Assembly: GCA_964526195.1 (NCBI GenBank)
Contig: CAZGIH010000003.1
Span: forward strand, 9,434 to 73,433
From: an uncultured Chromatiales bacterium
Lineage (GTDB): Bacteria; Pseudomonadota; Gammaproteobacteria; Poriferisulfidales; Poriferisulfidaceae
Length of the DNA: 64,000 nt
Reading direction: 5' to 3'
The translations under genes and the position numbers were made by a program. The notes under the pieces are model-generated. The model searched no databases, had not been told where the DNA came from, and worked only from the letters and a program-made list of their open reading frames with translations. Within the stretch, counting starts at the first letter, position 1. The number at the start of each line of letters is the position of its first letter. Positions 49,887 to 58,777 of the stretch are shown here, in pieces.

Positions 49887-51413
49887 TCAGGCGTCGCGTT
49901 CCATCTGTCCCAGAAAAGTCCGGCAGGCGGCGTTCCCTGTCTCTTCGTAGTACTGGTACCCCAGTGTCTCGAGGAATGAACGCAGTGCATCCATCTCGTC
50001 CTCCGGCACCTGCATGCCCACCAGCACCCGACCGTAGGCGGAGCCATGATTCCGGTAGTGGAACAGGCTGATGTTCCAGTTCTGCCCCATGCTGGACAAA
50101 AAGTCCAACAGCGCCCCGGGCCGCTCCGGGAACTCGAACCGGTACAGGATCTCGCGCTGGTCGCTGCTGGTGTGCCCACCCACCAAGTAGCGCAGGTGCA
50201 ACTTGGCCGTCTCGTTGTCGCTCAGGTCCTGCACGTTGTAGCCACATTCCTGCAGGTGCGCCACCCAGTCCGGCTTTTCGGCTTCCGCATCACGGAATTT
50301 GATGCCAACGAAGATCTGAGCGTCGCGGGAATCCGCATAGCGGTAGTTGAATTCGCTGATGCTGTGGTCGCCCACGGCCTCGCAGAACCTGCGGAAACTG
50401 CCGGGCTGCTCCGGAATCGTGACCGCGAAGATGCCCTCGTGGCCTTCGCCGAGTTCTGACCGCTCCGAAACATGGCGCAGGCGGTCAAAGTTGATGTTGG
50501 CGCCACTGTTGATCGCGACCAGCGTCTGACCCGCGGCTGCATGAGACTGCACGTAGCGCTTGACTCCGGCTACCGCCAGCGCACCCGCCGGCTCCACCAA
50601 GACCCGGGTTTCTTCGAAGATGTCCTTGATTGCCGCGCAGATTTCGTCAATACTCACCAGAATCACTTCGTCCACGCATTCGCGTGCCAGCCGGAACGTC
50701 TCCTCGCCGACCTGGCGCACGGCCGCCCCGTCCGCAAACAAGCCGACCTGCTTCAGGCATACGCGTTCATCGGCTTCCAGCGCCCGCGCCATGGACGGCG
50801 CATCCTCCGGTTCCACCCCGACCACGCGCGTGTCCGGTGCCGCATGGCGCAGCCAAATTCCCATTCCGGCCAGCAACCCGCCACCGCCGACCGGGATGAA
50901 CACCGCGTCCGGCAGAGTCGCGCATTGCTCACAGATTTCAACCGCGATGGTTCCCTGCCCCGCGATGACGTCCGGGTCGTCGTACGGATGCACGAAGATC
51001 CGCTGTTCGGCTTCTGCCTTGTCCAAGGCATACCGGCTGGCCGCATCGTAATCGTCCCCTTCCAGTACGATGTTGCCCCCCAGGGCGCGCACGGCATTGA
51101 CTTTGATCGGCGGCGTGGTCCGCGGCATCACGATTACGGCATCCAGGTTCAGCTTGGAGGCCGCCAGCGCCACACCCTGGGCGTGGTTGCCTGCCGAAAC
51201 GGCGATCACGCCGCGTGCACGCTGTTGTTCGTCCAGCCCGGAAATCTTGTTGTAGGCGCCACGCAACTTGAACGAAAACGTACGCTGCTGATCCTCGCGC
51301 TTGAGCCAAACTTCACAGCCCAGCCGTTCCGACAACTGCGGTGCCCGCTGCAGGGGCGTACGTTCCGCGACGTCGTAGACCCGGGCCTGTCGAATCCGTT
51401 CCAAATAGTCCAT
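49887..51413 (-). CDS. ilvA: Biosynthetic threonine dehydratase
   Basis: FSFKLRGA, SAGNHAQG, GGGGL, SGANINF, two ACT domains, FHYRNHG. Confidence 0.96.
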   Translation of the reverse strand: MDYLERIRQARVYDVAERTPLQRAPQLSERLGCEVWLKREDQQRTFSFKLRGAYNKISGLDEQQRARGVIAVSAGNHAQGVALAASKLNLDAVIVMPRTTPPIKVNAVRALGGNIVLEGDDYDAASRYALDKAEAEQRIFVHPYDDPDVIAGQGTIAVEICEQCATLPDAVFIPVGGGGLLAGMGIWLRHAAPDTRVVGVEPEDAPSMARALEADERVCLKQVGLFADGAAVRQVGEETFRLARECVDEVILVSIDEICAAIKDIFEETRVLVEPAGALAVAGVKRYVQSHAAAGQTLVAINSGANINFDRLRHVSERSELGEGHEGIFAVTIPEQPGSFRRFCEAVGDHSISEFNYRYADSRDAQIFVGIKFRDAEAEKPDWVAHLQECGYNVQDLSDNETAKLHLRYLVGGHTSSDQREILYRFEFPERPGALLDFLSSMGQNWNISLFHYRNHGSAYGRVLVGMQVPEDEMDALRSFLETLGYQYYEETGNAACRTFLGQMERDA

Positions 51414-51470
51414 GACGCGCTTCTCCGCCCCAGCGAAAAGTTATAATTTGTAAGGTTAAACGAGTCAATT

Positions 51471-51782
51471 ATGTCAAATTCCTTCGTACAAGTCGCCACC
51501 GTATCGGAAATCCCGGCAGGACAAACCCTCCGCATCCAGCATGAACAGCGCGACATCCTGCTGGCCAATGTCGGCGGGACCCTGTTCGCCTGCGACGACA
51601 CCTGCACCCATGAAGATTCCTCCCTGTCGCTCGGCTGCCTGGACGGGGAACTGGTCAAGTGCACCCTGCACGGCAGCCGCTTCAACGTCCGCACCGGACA
51701 ACCCGTCGAGGAACCGGCTGAAGAACCTTTGCGTACCTACCCGGTCCGAGTGGACGGGGACCGCGTGCTGATCTGTTACTGA
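51471..51782 (+). CDS. Rieske-type ferredoxin
   Basis: CTHE and CTLHGSRF (CxH...CxxH). Confidence 0.92.
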   Translation: MSNSFVQVATVSEIPAGQTLRIQHEQRDILLANVGGTLFACDDTCTHEDSSLSLGCLDGELVKCTLHGSRFNVRTGQPVEEPAEEPLRTYPVRVDGDRVLICY

Positions 51783-51794
51783 CCCGGGGTTAAC

Positions 51795-52541
51795 ATGGCA
51801 ACCGAGTGGCTCGAAGGCACGGTCGTCGAGAACCAGCACTGGACCGACCAGCTTTACTCCCTGCACATCAAGGCGCCGGAAGTCCGGTTCACGGCCGGGC
51901 AGTTCGGTCGCCTCGCGCTCGATATCGATGGAGAGCGGATTGCCCGCCCCTACTCTTTCGTCAACCCGCCAGATGCCGAACATCTCGAGTTTTATTCCAT
52001 CATCGTGCCGGAAGGCCCGCTGTCCGCGCAGCTGGAATCCCTGGCGGCCGGCGACCGGATCTGGGTTGCTTCGCAAGGCGTCGGCTTTTTCGTGCTGGAC
52101 GAAGTGCCCCAGAGCGAATACCTGTGGCTGCTGGCCACCGGGACCGGCCTTGGCCCTTATCTGTCCATCCTCGGTACGCCCGATCCCTGGGCCCGCCACC
52201 GCAAGATCGCATTGGTGCATGCGGTCCGCTACACCCGTGAACTCACCTACCAGGACACCATCCAGCAACACCTGAACCGGCACCCGGATCAGCTCGCTTA
52301 TGTGCCGTTCGTCAGCCGGGAAGACGATCCCAGCGCCCTACACGGGCGCATCCCCGCCGCTATCGAGGACGGGCGGCTGGCGGAACGCGCCGGCATGGAT
52401 TTCGATCCGGCGCACGCCCAAGTGATGCTATGCGGCAACCCGGAGATGGTCCAGGACACCTCGGCCCTGCTGAAGACAATGGGAATGGCCCGGAACCGGC
52501 GCAGCGCGCCGGGGCAGATTACGACCGAAAGCTACTGGTAA
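51795..52541 (+). CDS. fpr: Ferredoxin-NADP+ reductase, bacterial type
   Basis: FTAGQF, RPYS, ATGTGLGPY, MLCGNPEM, C-terminal ESYW. Confidence 0.94.
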   Translation: MATEWLEGTVVENQHWTDQLYSLHIKAPEVRFTAGQFGRLALDIDGERIARPYSFVNPPDAEHLEFYSIIVPEGPLSAQLESLAAGDRIWVASQGVGFFVLDEVPQSEYLWLLATGTGLGPYLSILGTPDPWARHRKIALVHAVRYTRELTYQDTIQQHLNRHPDQLAYVPFVSREDDPSALHGRIPAAIEDGRLAERAGMDFDPAHAQVMLCGNPEMVQDTSALLKTMGMARNRRSAPGQITTESYW

Positions 52542-52567
52542 GGGAATCATCAAGATCATTTGACAGG

Positions 52568-53806
52568 CTAACGCCTGTCAGATTGTCCAATTTCTTGACG
52601 TTTCACAGGCCGACTGTGGCAGGGTGCCCCGCCGGTGTCGCCGCCTCCACGTCCAGTCGCCCCATTCCCGAAGGCCAAGATATTCAATGCGGCGTTCACG
52701 TCCGCATCGTCCGCGTGCCCGCAAGCGGTGCACTTGAAGTCTGTTTTCTTCCTGCTGTTCTTGTCGACATGCCCGCACTGGTGGCAGGTCTGGCTGGTGT
52801 ACGCCGGGTTAACATGGCGGACTTCCATCTTATAGTTCAGGCACAACTCCAGCGTGCCCCATGCGCTGGCCAGGATTTGCCGGTTCAAGCCGGATTTCGA
52901 TTTCACGTGCCTGCCAGGTTTCTCTTTCGTGCCCTTGGCGGATTTCGTCATGCCCAAGATGTTCAGTTTCTCGATGTAGGCCAGGTCGTACTCTCTTGCG
53001 ATGCCCTTGCTGACGTGATGCGCCCAGTTCAACCGAGCGAAGCGTTCCGCACGGAACGCCTTCTGCAAGCGGATCCTTGTGACCTTCCGCCGCTTGCTCC
53101 CTTTCACCTGCCGCGCCATCTTGCGCTGGTATCGCTTGCGCCGTGCCACCTTGAGCGCAAGGTCGGGACCGCCGTGCTTCGTGCCGTCCGACAGCACCAC
53201 CAGCCGACCCTCGGCGATGTTCCGGTCGATGCCCACCTCCTTGATGGAATGAGGAAGGCTGGCTTGCGCGTCCACTTCGTACACCAGGTAGGCATACCAG
53301 TTGCCGCATTCGTACTTGACCGCACCGGACTTGAACTCGCCGTCCGGGTACGGGTTGTTGCCCACCAGCTTCATCCAGCCGACTTTCTGCACGTACAGGC
53401 TTTCGCCCGATACCTTGGCTGACACGTAATTGATCGGGAAACTCGGCGTGGTCGTCCACTTGCCGTGAAACTGCGGCGGCTTGCGGTTGAATTTCCTGCC
53501 TGTTTCCAAGTCCTTGAAGAATGCCTTGTAGGTTGTCTCGATGGGCTTCAGGGAGATTCTGACCACCCTAGACGAATAGTCCTGCAACCACTTTGTCGTG
53601 CCATCATCTCTCCGCATGATGGTGAATACGTGGCACAAGGAATAGTGCCGAAAGTCCGGCTTGATGCCGAACTCGTATTCGTCCTTGAGTTTCCCAACCA
53701 TGTGGTTCCAGACGAAACGGCAGGCTCCGGCAGTGCCGTGCAACTGCTGGTTCTTCCGGCGAGTGCCGGGATGCAGGCGGTACCGGACGGCGCGATGGAC
53801 CTTCAT
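52568..53806 (-). CDS. tnpB: RNA-guided endonuclease TnpB, intact, 412 aa
   Basis: YRLHP...CRFVWN, GIDRN, YIEKL, CHQCGH...CTACGH, DADVNAA; all three RuvC acidic residues present. Confidence 0.95.
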   Translation of the reverse strand: MKVHRAVRYRLHPGTRRKNQQLHGTAGACRFVWNHMVGKLKDEYEFGIKPDFRHYSLCHVFTIMRRDDGTTKWLQDYSSRVVRISLKPIETTYKAFFKDLETGRKFNRKPPQFHGKWTTTPSFPINYVSAKVSGESLYVQKVGWMKLVGNNPYPDGEFKSGAVKYECGNWYAYLVYEVDAQASLPHSIKEVGIDRNIAEGRLVVLSDGTKHGGPDLALKVARRKRYQRKMARQVKGSKRRKVTRIRLQKAFRAERFARLNWAHHVSKGIAREYDLAYIEKLNILGMTKSAKGTKEKPGRHVKSKSGLNRQILASAWGTLELCLNYKMEVRHVNPAYTSQTCHQCGHVDKNSRKKTDFKCTACGHADDADVNAALNILAFGNGATGRGGGDTGGAPCHSRPVKRQEIGQSDRR

Positions 53807-53812
53807 GGGCAG

Positions 53813-53840
53813 ATTATGGCGTCAGTTTTTCCTCTGTCAA
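53813..53840 (-). promoter_or_regulatory. Putative sigma70 promoter of tnpB2, probably leaderless
   Basis: TTGACA (53840-53835), 16 nt, CATAAT (53818-53813); ATG 6 nt further on; no Shine-Dalgarno sequence. Confidence 0.6.
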
Positions 53841-53876
53841 AAAATCTTGAAATTCCTACTGCAGTCTGCGACGATC

Positions 53877-54761
53877 CTAGCGCCCCACCACCCGGTTGCG
53901 AATCGTCCCAATTCCTTCCACCTCGCACTCCACCACGTCGCCCGGCTGCAAGTATTCCGGCGGCGTACGCGCGAAACCGACGCCGCTCGGCGTTCCGGTC
54001 GCGAGGATGTCTCCCGGCTCCAGCCACATGCCGCGCGACAAGGCCGCGATCTGCTGAGCGACGCTGAAGATCTGGTAACTGGTATTGGAATGCTGTTTCT
54101 CCACGCCGTTGACCCGGCACCACAATTCCAGATCGTGCGGATCCTCGATCTCGTCGGCCGTCACGATGCACGGGCCCATCGGGCAGAAGCCGGTGAGACT
54201 CTTGCCGATGAAGAACTGCTTGTGGCGGCGCTGCAATTCGCGCGCCGAGACGTCGTTGATCACGGTATACCCGAACACGTGGTCGTAGGCTTCCGCTTCC
54301 GAGATGCCGCGACCGGCACGGCCGATGATCACGCCCAGTTCGACTTCCCAATCCAGTTTGTCCGACACTTGGGAGTCGTAGGGAATCTCCCCGAACGGCG
54401 CGTTGACGCTGTTCGCCGCCTTGGTGAACACGATCGGGTATTTCGGCAGGCTCTGGTCGCGACCCAGCGAGGCGGCTGCCTCCTCGATGTGGTCCGCATA
54501 GTTCAATCCCATGCACATGACGTTCTGCCGCGGGCGCGGGATCGGAGCCAGTAGTTCAGTCTGATCGGCCGGGACGAACGCGTCGGCTGGCCCGGATTCA
54601 AATGCCGCACGCACGGACTGCAGCGCCGCGTCACCGCCCTCGATCAAGTCCAGCATGGACGACGGCAGCGAGGCGTCGTGCAGAACCGGCAGGAAAACCA
54701 GGTCTTCCTGCTGCACGCCGAGCCAGGTCCGGCCTTCGTATTCGACGGTGACCAGCCTCAT
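53877..54761 (-). CDS. Fumarylacetoacetate hydrolase family protein
   Basis: CMGLNY..H, F.KA, DWEVELG, NDVSAR, K...FCPMGP, TGTPSGVG. Confidence 0.94.
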   Translation of the reverse strand: MRLVTVEYEGRTWLGVQQEDLVFLPVLHDASLPSSMLDLIEGGDAALQSVRAAFESGPADAFVPADQTELLAPIPRPRQNVMCMGLNYADHIEEAAASLGRDQSLPKYPIVFTKAANSVNAPFGEIPYDSQVSDKLDWEVELGVIIGRAGRGISEAEAYDHVFGYTVINDVSARELQRRHKQFFIGKSLTGFCPMGPCIVTADEIEDPHDLELWCRVNGVEKQHSNTSYQIFSVAQQIAALSRGMWLEPGDILATGTPSGVGFARTPPEYLQPGDVVECEVEGIGTIRNRVVGR

Positions 54762-54763
54762 GT

Positions 54764-55591
54764 CTACTTCCCTTTCGCTTTCTTGATCGCCTGGTATGCC
54801 TTGGTGAACTGCTTGGTCCGTTCCGTGGCGAATTCCATGAATTCCTTCGGCAACCCCTTGGATGCCAACTTGTCCGGGTGGAAGTCTTTCATTTTACGGG
54901 CATATGCGCGCTGCACCTCTTCCATCGGCATGGACGCCTCGACTTCCAGCACGTCATAGGCCCAGTCCAGGTTCACCTCGGCCTCCGGCACGGAACCGGC
55001 GCGCCGGGCGTGCCCGAGATATTGGTCGATGATTGCCCGCACCCGGCTCTCCGGGTATCCCAGCGCCGTACAGCAGGTGTAGATGATCTGCTCTTCTGAC
55101 GGAGAAAGTTCCCCGTCCGCACACGCCATCGCGACCTGGATCCCGATGAAAGTTGCGATCAACGAAGGTTCGCTTCGGCAGGCCCCTATCAGTTCCTGCA
55201 GGCTGCCGCCCAAGTCGAAGCCCGGCCGGGTGCCAAGGTTGAAGTAATGCATGGCATGCCCGCGCTGCTCCGGGTTCAGGCCGAACTCTTCGATGAGCTC
55301 TTCGGCGCACCGGATCTCCTGCTCCGTCACCCGGCCGTCCGCCTGGGCGATGTGCCCGCTGACCAGGAACACGATGCGCGAGAAGACTTGCCGCCTCTGA
55401 ATCAGTTGATCGTTGTCGTCCCACACGCCGCCCTCGCCCGCACTCCCAAACGTGCCCCACGTGGTCCTGCCCAGCGTGAACACCGCGACCGCCGCGCCCA
55501 GGATGATGCCCCAGCCGCCGAACAGCCAGGCACCGATCATCATGCAGAACGCCCCCCAGAACAGAGCGAACAGGCAACCGAAGAACTGCAT
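54764..55591 (-). CDS. djlA: DjlA co-chaperone (TM, TerB-like and J domains)
   Basis: ADGRVT..EI, ADG.LS..E, J-domain FHPDK. Confidence 0.88.
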   Translation of the reverse strand: MQFFGCLFALFWGAFCMMIGAWLFGGWGIILGAAVAVFTLGRTTWGTFGSAGEGGVWDDNDQLIQRRQVFSRIVFLVSGHIAQADGRVTEQEIRCAEELIEEFGLNPEQRGHAMHYFNLGTRPGFDLGGSLQELIGACRSEPSLIATFIGIQVAMACADGELSPSEEQIIYTCCTALGYPESRVRAIIDQYLGHARRAGSVPEAEVNLDWAYDVLEVEASMPMEEVQRAYARKMKDFHPDKLASKGLPKEFMEFATERTKQFTKAYQAIKKAKGK

Positions 55592-55599
55592 GGTCGCCC

Positions 55600-55992
55600 C
55601 TAGTCCAGATGCCGCACGTAGCGGGGGTTGCCGTCCAAGGACAGGCACATCCGCGAGCCTTGCAGGCGCAGCGGCTCGTCTCGGCCTTCAAGCCATAGGG
55701 ACAGCACGATCTCTCCCGATACATCCGACGGGATGCGGATCATGTCGCGCTGGGTATACAAGCCGTCTTCCAGTTCCGAATGCGCGATCCGGAACGGCGC
55801 GGCCGGGAGCTCGCCCAAGAGATTTGGATCCCACATCTCGATAGACCCCGCTTGCGTCCATAGGGTGCGCTGCTCTGCATTGTCCATGATCTTCTCGATG
55901 TTCGCCTCAAGGAAATGCAGCGCCAGCCGCTGCGCATCCTGGTCGACCCGGTCGATCTGCAGGTTTTGCGGATCCAGGATGCGGTAACTCAC
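55600..55992 (-). CDS. Hypothetical protein
   Basis: GTG start overlaps the gshA stop; fills the gap to djlA on the operon strand. Confidence 0.65.
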   Translation of the reverse strand: MSYRILDPQNLQIDRVDQDAQRLALHFLEANIEKIMDNAEQRTLWTQAGSIEMWDPNLLGELPAAPFRIAHSELEDGLYTQRDMIRIPSDVSGEIVLSLWLEGRDEPLRLQGSRMCLSLDGNPRYVRHLD

Positions 55993-57563
55993 GCCTGGGC
56001 CTCGTAAGCGGCCAGATAATCCTCGAAAGACAGGGGAGATTCCCGCTCCGCTTCCTCGATGGCCTGCTGCTGCTGCCGGGACTGTTCGGCGACTTGGTCG
56101 AAGCGGGCGCGAAGTTCCGGGTCGGGCGGCCGGTTCCCGAAGAATTCCCGGTGTTCCTGCGAACGTTTCAGTACCCATTCCACGTAAGCTTCCCCGGATT
56201 CGCTCATTTGCGTCACCATGCGCCCCGAAGGCGTCCGCACCGGATCCCGCAACTTGGCTTCCTGTACTTCCCAAGCCTGCCGGAACATCGTCTGCCCGTG
56301 GGCTTCATCCAAAAGTTCGCAGACCGGCTGGATATCCGCCAGCAAATCACCCGCCCAGTCCCGCAAGGAGACCGCCTCCCCGCGCTGCAGGGTCACCTCC
56401 AGATCCCGCCCGAGGTGCGCGACCTGCTGCATGTTGTAGTCGGCGTCGGCCTGTTCGGACATGGACATTTTGGGGCTGTCGTCCAGCAAACAATACACCA
56501 CCAAGGCGGTGAGGAAATGCATCGCATCCGGCCCGATGCCGCAGGGCTCGAACGGATCGATGTCCAGCGACCGGAGTTCCAGGTATTCCACGCCCCTCTG
56601 CCGCAGGCCCCGGCTCGGCTTCTCATTGCCCTGCGGGACGCATTTGGGACGAACCGGGCTGTAGTATTCGTTTTCGATCTGCAACTGGTTGGCGTTCAGC
56701 TGCAGGTACTCCCCATCGCGTCGGACCCCGATCTGCTGGTACTGGGGACAAAGCGTGGAGGTTGCCTCCCGCAGGCACTCGATGTAACTGGCCCGACTGT
56801 TGTAGTCGGCATGAACACCGGTGCTCGCCTCCTGGCTGTTTTGGTAACCGATGCTGCCTTGGCGCAGTGAGGTCGCGTCAGGGCCGTAGTAGGTGCCGGG
56901 AGTAAACAGGTCGAGGCTTTCATGCTTCTGTAGGACGAAGGATCGGCAGATCGCGGGCGACGCGCCAAACAAGTACGCGATGAGCCAACCAAACCGCAAT
57001 AGGTTGCGCAAGGCGTCGAAGTAACGTTCGGAAATCCCGCCCAGGTCGAGCTTTCCGCCGAATTCCTGACGCCAGAATTCCGCTGGCATCGAGCAGTTGA
57101 AGTGCACGCCCGAAATTACCTGCATCGAACGGGTGTACCGATAGCCCAGCCCACGCCGGTAGATGGTCTTCATGCGGCCTGGGTTGGATTCCCCGTAGTA
57201 CGCCAGCGGAATGTCCGGATCCCCGGCAATCACGCAGGGCATGCTCCCGCACCACAGCCTCTCTTCCCCCAAGTGTTCGTAAACGTAGCGATGCAGATCC
57301 TCCAGGAACGCATAGGATGCCTCCAGGGTGTCCGGTGGCGTGACCAGTTCAATCATCACCTCCGAGTAGTCCGTGGTGATGTGCGGGTGAGTCAGCGGCG
57401 ACCCCAAGGCTGCAGGATGAGATGCGTGGCTCAGGCCCGCCTCCGCGTCCACGCGCAGGGCTTCCCGTTCGAGCCCGATCTGGATGTCGCGAAAAATGTG
57501 GCGGTTGGACGACCGACGCCATGCTTCTAGGCGTTGCTGAAAAAGGGAAGCATTCAAAGGCAT
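55989..57563 (-). CDS. gshA: Glutamate-cysteine ligase
   Basis: GLEREALR, ITTDYSE, ISGVHFN, SLR...GY, QIENEYY, EY.ELRSLD. Confidence 0.96.
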   Translation of the reverse strand: MPLNASLFQQRLEAWRRSSNRHIFRDIQIGLEREALRVDAEAGLSHASHPAALGSPLTHPHITTDYSEVMIELVTPPDTLEASYAFLEDLHRYVYEHLGEERLWCGSMPCVIAGDPDIPLAYYGESNPGRMKTIYRRGLGYRYTRSMQVISGVHFNCSMPAEFWRQEFGGKLDLGGISERYFDALRNLLRFGWLIAYLFGASPAICRSFVLQKHESLDLFTPGTYYGPDATSLRQGSIGYQNSQEASTGVHADYNSRASYIECLREATSTLCPQYQQIGVRRDGEYLQLNANQLQIENEYYSPVRPKCVPQGNEKPSRGLRQRGVEYLELRSLDIDPFEPCGIGPDAMHFLTALVVYCLLDDSPKMSMSEQADADYNMQQVAHLGRDLEVTLQRGEAVSLRDWAGDLLADIQPVCELLDEAHGQTMFRQAWEVQEAKLRDPVRTPSGRMVTQMSESGEAYVEWVLKRSQEHREFFGNRPPDPELRARFDQVAEQSRQQQQAIEEAERESPLSFEDYLAAYEAQA

Positions 57564-57647
57564 GACAGCCCTAGGGTTTTCGCGGGACCCATATGGAAAG
57601 GACGCGTGACCACGTCCTTTCGGGAAGGCGGCTGAATCTCAGCCGGG

Positions 57648-57728
57648 TTACTTGATACGCATGGCGATCTGCATGATCACCACAGCAAGGACGGTGGCGC
57701 CGATCGCCATCCAAGCCCATCCACTCAT
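57648..57728 (-). CDS. Putative 26-aa single-pass small membrane protein
   Basis: RBS GAGGAG 6 nt before ATG; MSGWAWMAIGATVLAVVIMQIAMRIK is one hydrophobic helix with a basic tail; 7-bp hairpin right after the stop (57629-57645). Confidence 0.55.
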   Translation of the reverse strand: MSGWAWMAIGATVLAVVIMQIAMRIK

Positions 57729-57830
57729 AGCGTTCTCCTCTCTATTGGTGCGTAGGTTGGAACACGCGACATTGTACCGCAAGAGGTGCCCGTGACTCCC
57801 TAGTCGTTTCGCATCCAGTATAGTGGCGAA

Positions 57831-58229
57831 ATGGAGAAACTGCAACGCAGCGAAGCCGAATGGCGGGCGGAATTAAGCGCCGAGCAGTTCGCCGTATGCC
57901 GCCGCAAGGGTACCGAGCGTCCCTTCCAAGGAGACTACTGGAATTGCAAGGAAGACGGCATGTATCTCTGCGTCTGCTGCGGGCAACCCCTGTTCGACTC
58001 GCAGGACAAGTTCGACTCCGGAACGGGCTGGCCAAGCTTCACTCAGCCTGTCGACTCACAATGCCTGGATGAGCAGGCTGACTCAAGCTACGGCATGGTC
58101 CGCACCGAAGTCCTGTGTGCGCATTGCGATGCACATTTGGGCCACGTCTTCCCGGACGGCCCTGCCCCCGGCGGCCTGCGCTACTGCATCAACTCCGTCT
58201 CGCTGCAGCTAAAGCCCAGGACCGGCTAG
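57831..58229 (+). CDS. msrB: Peptide-methionine (R)-S-oxide reductase
   Basis: [32 protein letters not shown]. Confidence 0.97.
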   Translation: MEKLQRSEAEWRAELSAEQFAVCRRKGTERPFQGDYWNCKEDGMYLCVCCGQPLFDSQDKFDSGTGWPSFTQPVDSQCLDEQADSSYGMVRTEVLCAHCDAHLGHVFPDGPAPGGLRYCINSVSLQLKPRTG

Positions 58230-58769
58230 CAAGCTTCGGAGACCGTCCCAGTCGAAATACGGCCCCGGGTCGGTCTTGCGCCCCGGCGACACGTCACTGT
58301 GCCCCACCACCCTATCCGGGGTCAGCCCAGGATACGCCTCGTATAAAGCCTGGATCACTTCTGCCAGTCTTTCAATCTGCACCGTTTCGTATGGCTGCTC
58401 GTCCGTGCCTTCCAGTTCGATGCCAATCGAAAAGTCGTTGCACTGCTCCCGCCCCTCGAAGCAGGATTCTCCCGCATGCCAAGCCCGTTCGTGGAACGGC
58501 ACGAACTGCACCAGTTCCCCGTCGCGGCGGATCAGCAAGTGAGAAGACACGCGCAAATCTTTGATTTCCATAAAGAATGGATGGGCATCCGGGTTCAGCG
58601 TATTCGTGAACAGGCGTTCGATATCATCCGAACCAAACTCCCCCGGCGGGAGACTGATGCTGTGAATTACTACCAAGTCGATGCCGCACTCTTCCGGCCG
58701 ACCGTCGCGATTCGGCGATTCTACCTGCCGCGCCTCGTGCAGGCGCCCGCTCGCAGTATCGATGCGCAT
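58209..58769 (-). CDS. ampD: 1,6-anhydro-N-acetylmuramyl-L-alanine amidase
   Basis: [41 protein letters not shown]...RKTDPG. Confidence 0.96.
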   Translation of the reverse strand: MRIDTASGRLHEARQVESPNRDGRPEECGIDLVVIHSISLPPGEFGSDDIERLFTNTLNPDAHPFFMEIKDLRVSSHLLIRRDGELVQFVPFHERAWHAGESCFEGREQCNDFSIGIELEGTDEQPYETVQIERLAEVIQALYEAYPGLTPDRVVGHSDVSPGRKTDPGPYFDWDGLRSLLAGPGL

Positions 58770-58777
58770 GCCGTCTC

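Larger units (their letters stand above)
52543..53856 (-). mobile_element. Second tnpB-only element
   Basis: Intact tnpB with no tnpA; imperfect inverted repeats at 52550-52566 and 53834-53850 (15/17), extendable to GGAAT termini; 8-bp hairpin at 52561-52580. Confidence 0.7.

Noticed and set aside
52532-53861. CTACTG near both ends of tnpB element 2 as a TSD, or an IS607-style direct GG core
   Set aside because: The offsets from the repeats are inconsistent and GG occurs in inverted rather than direct orientation.
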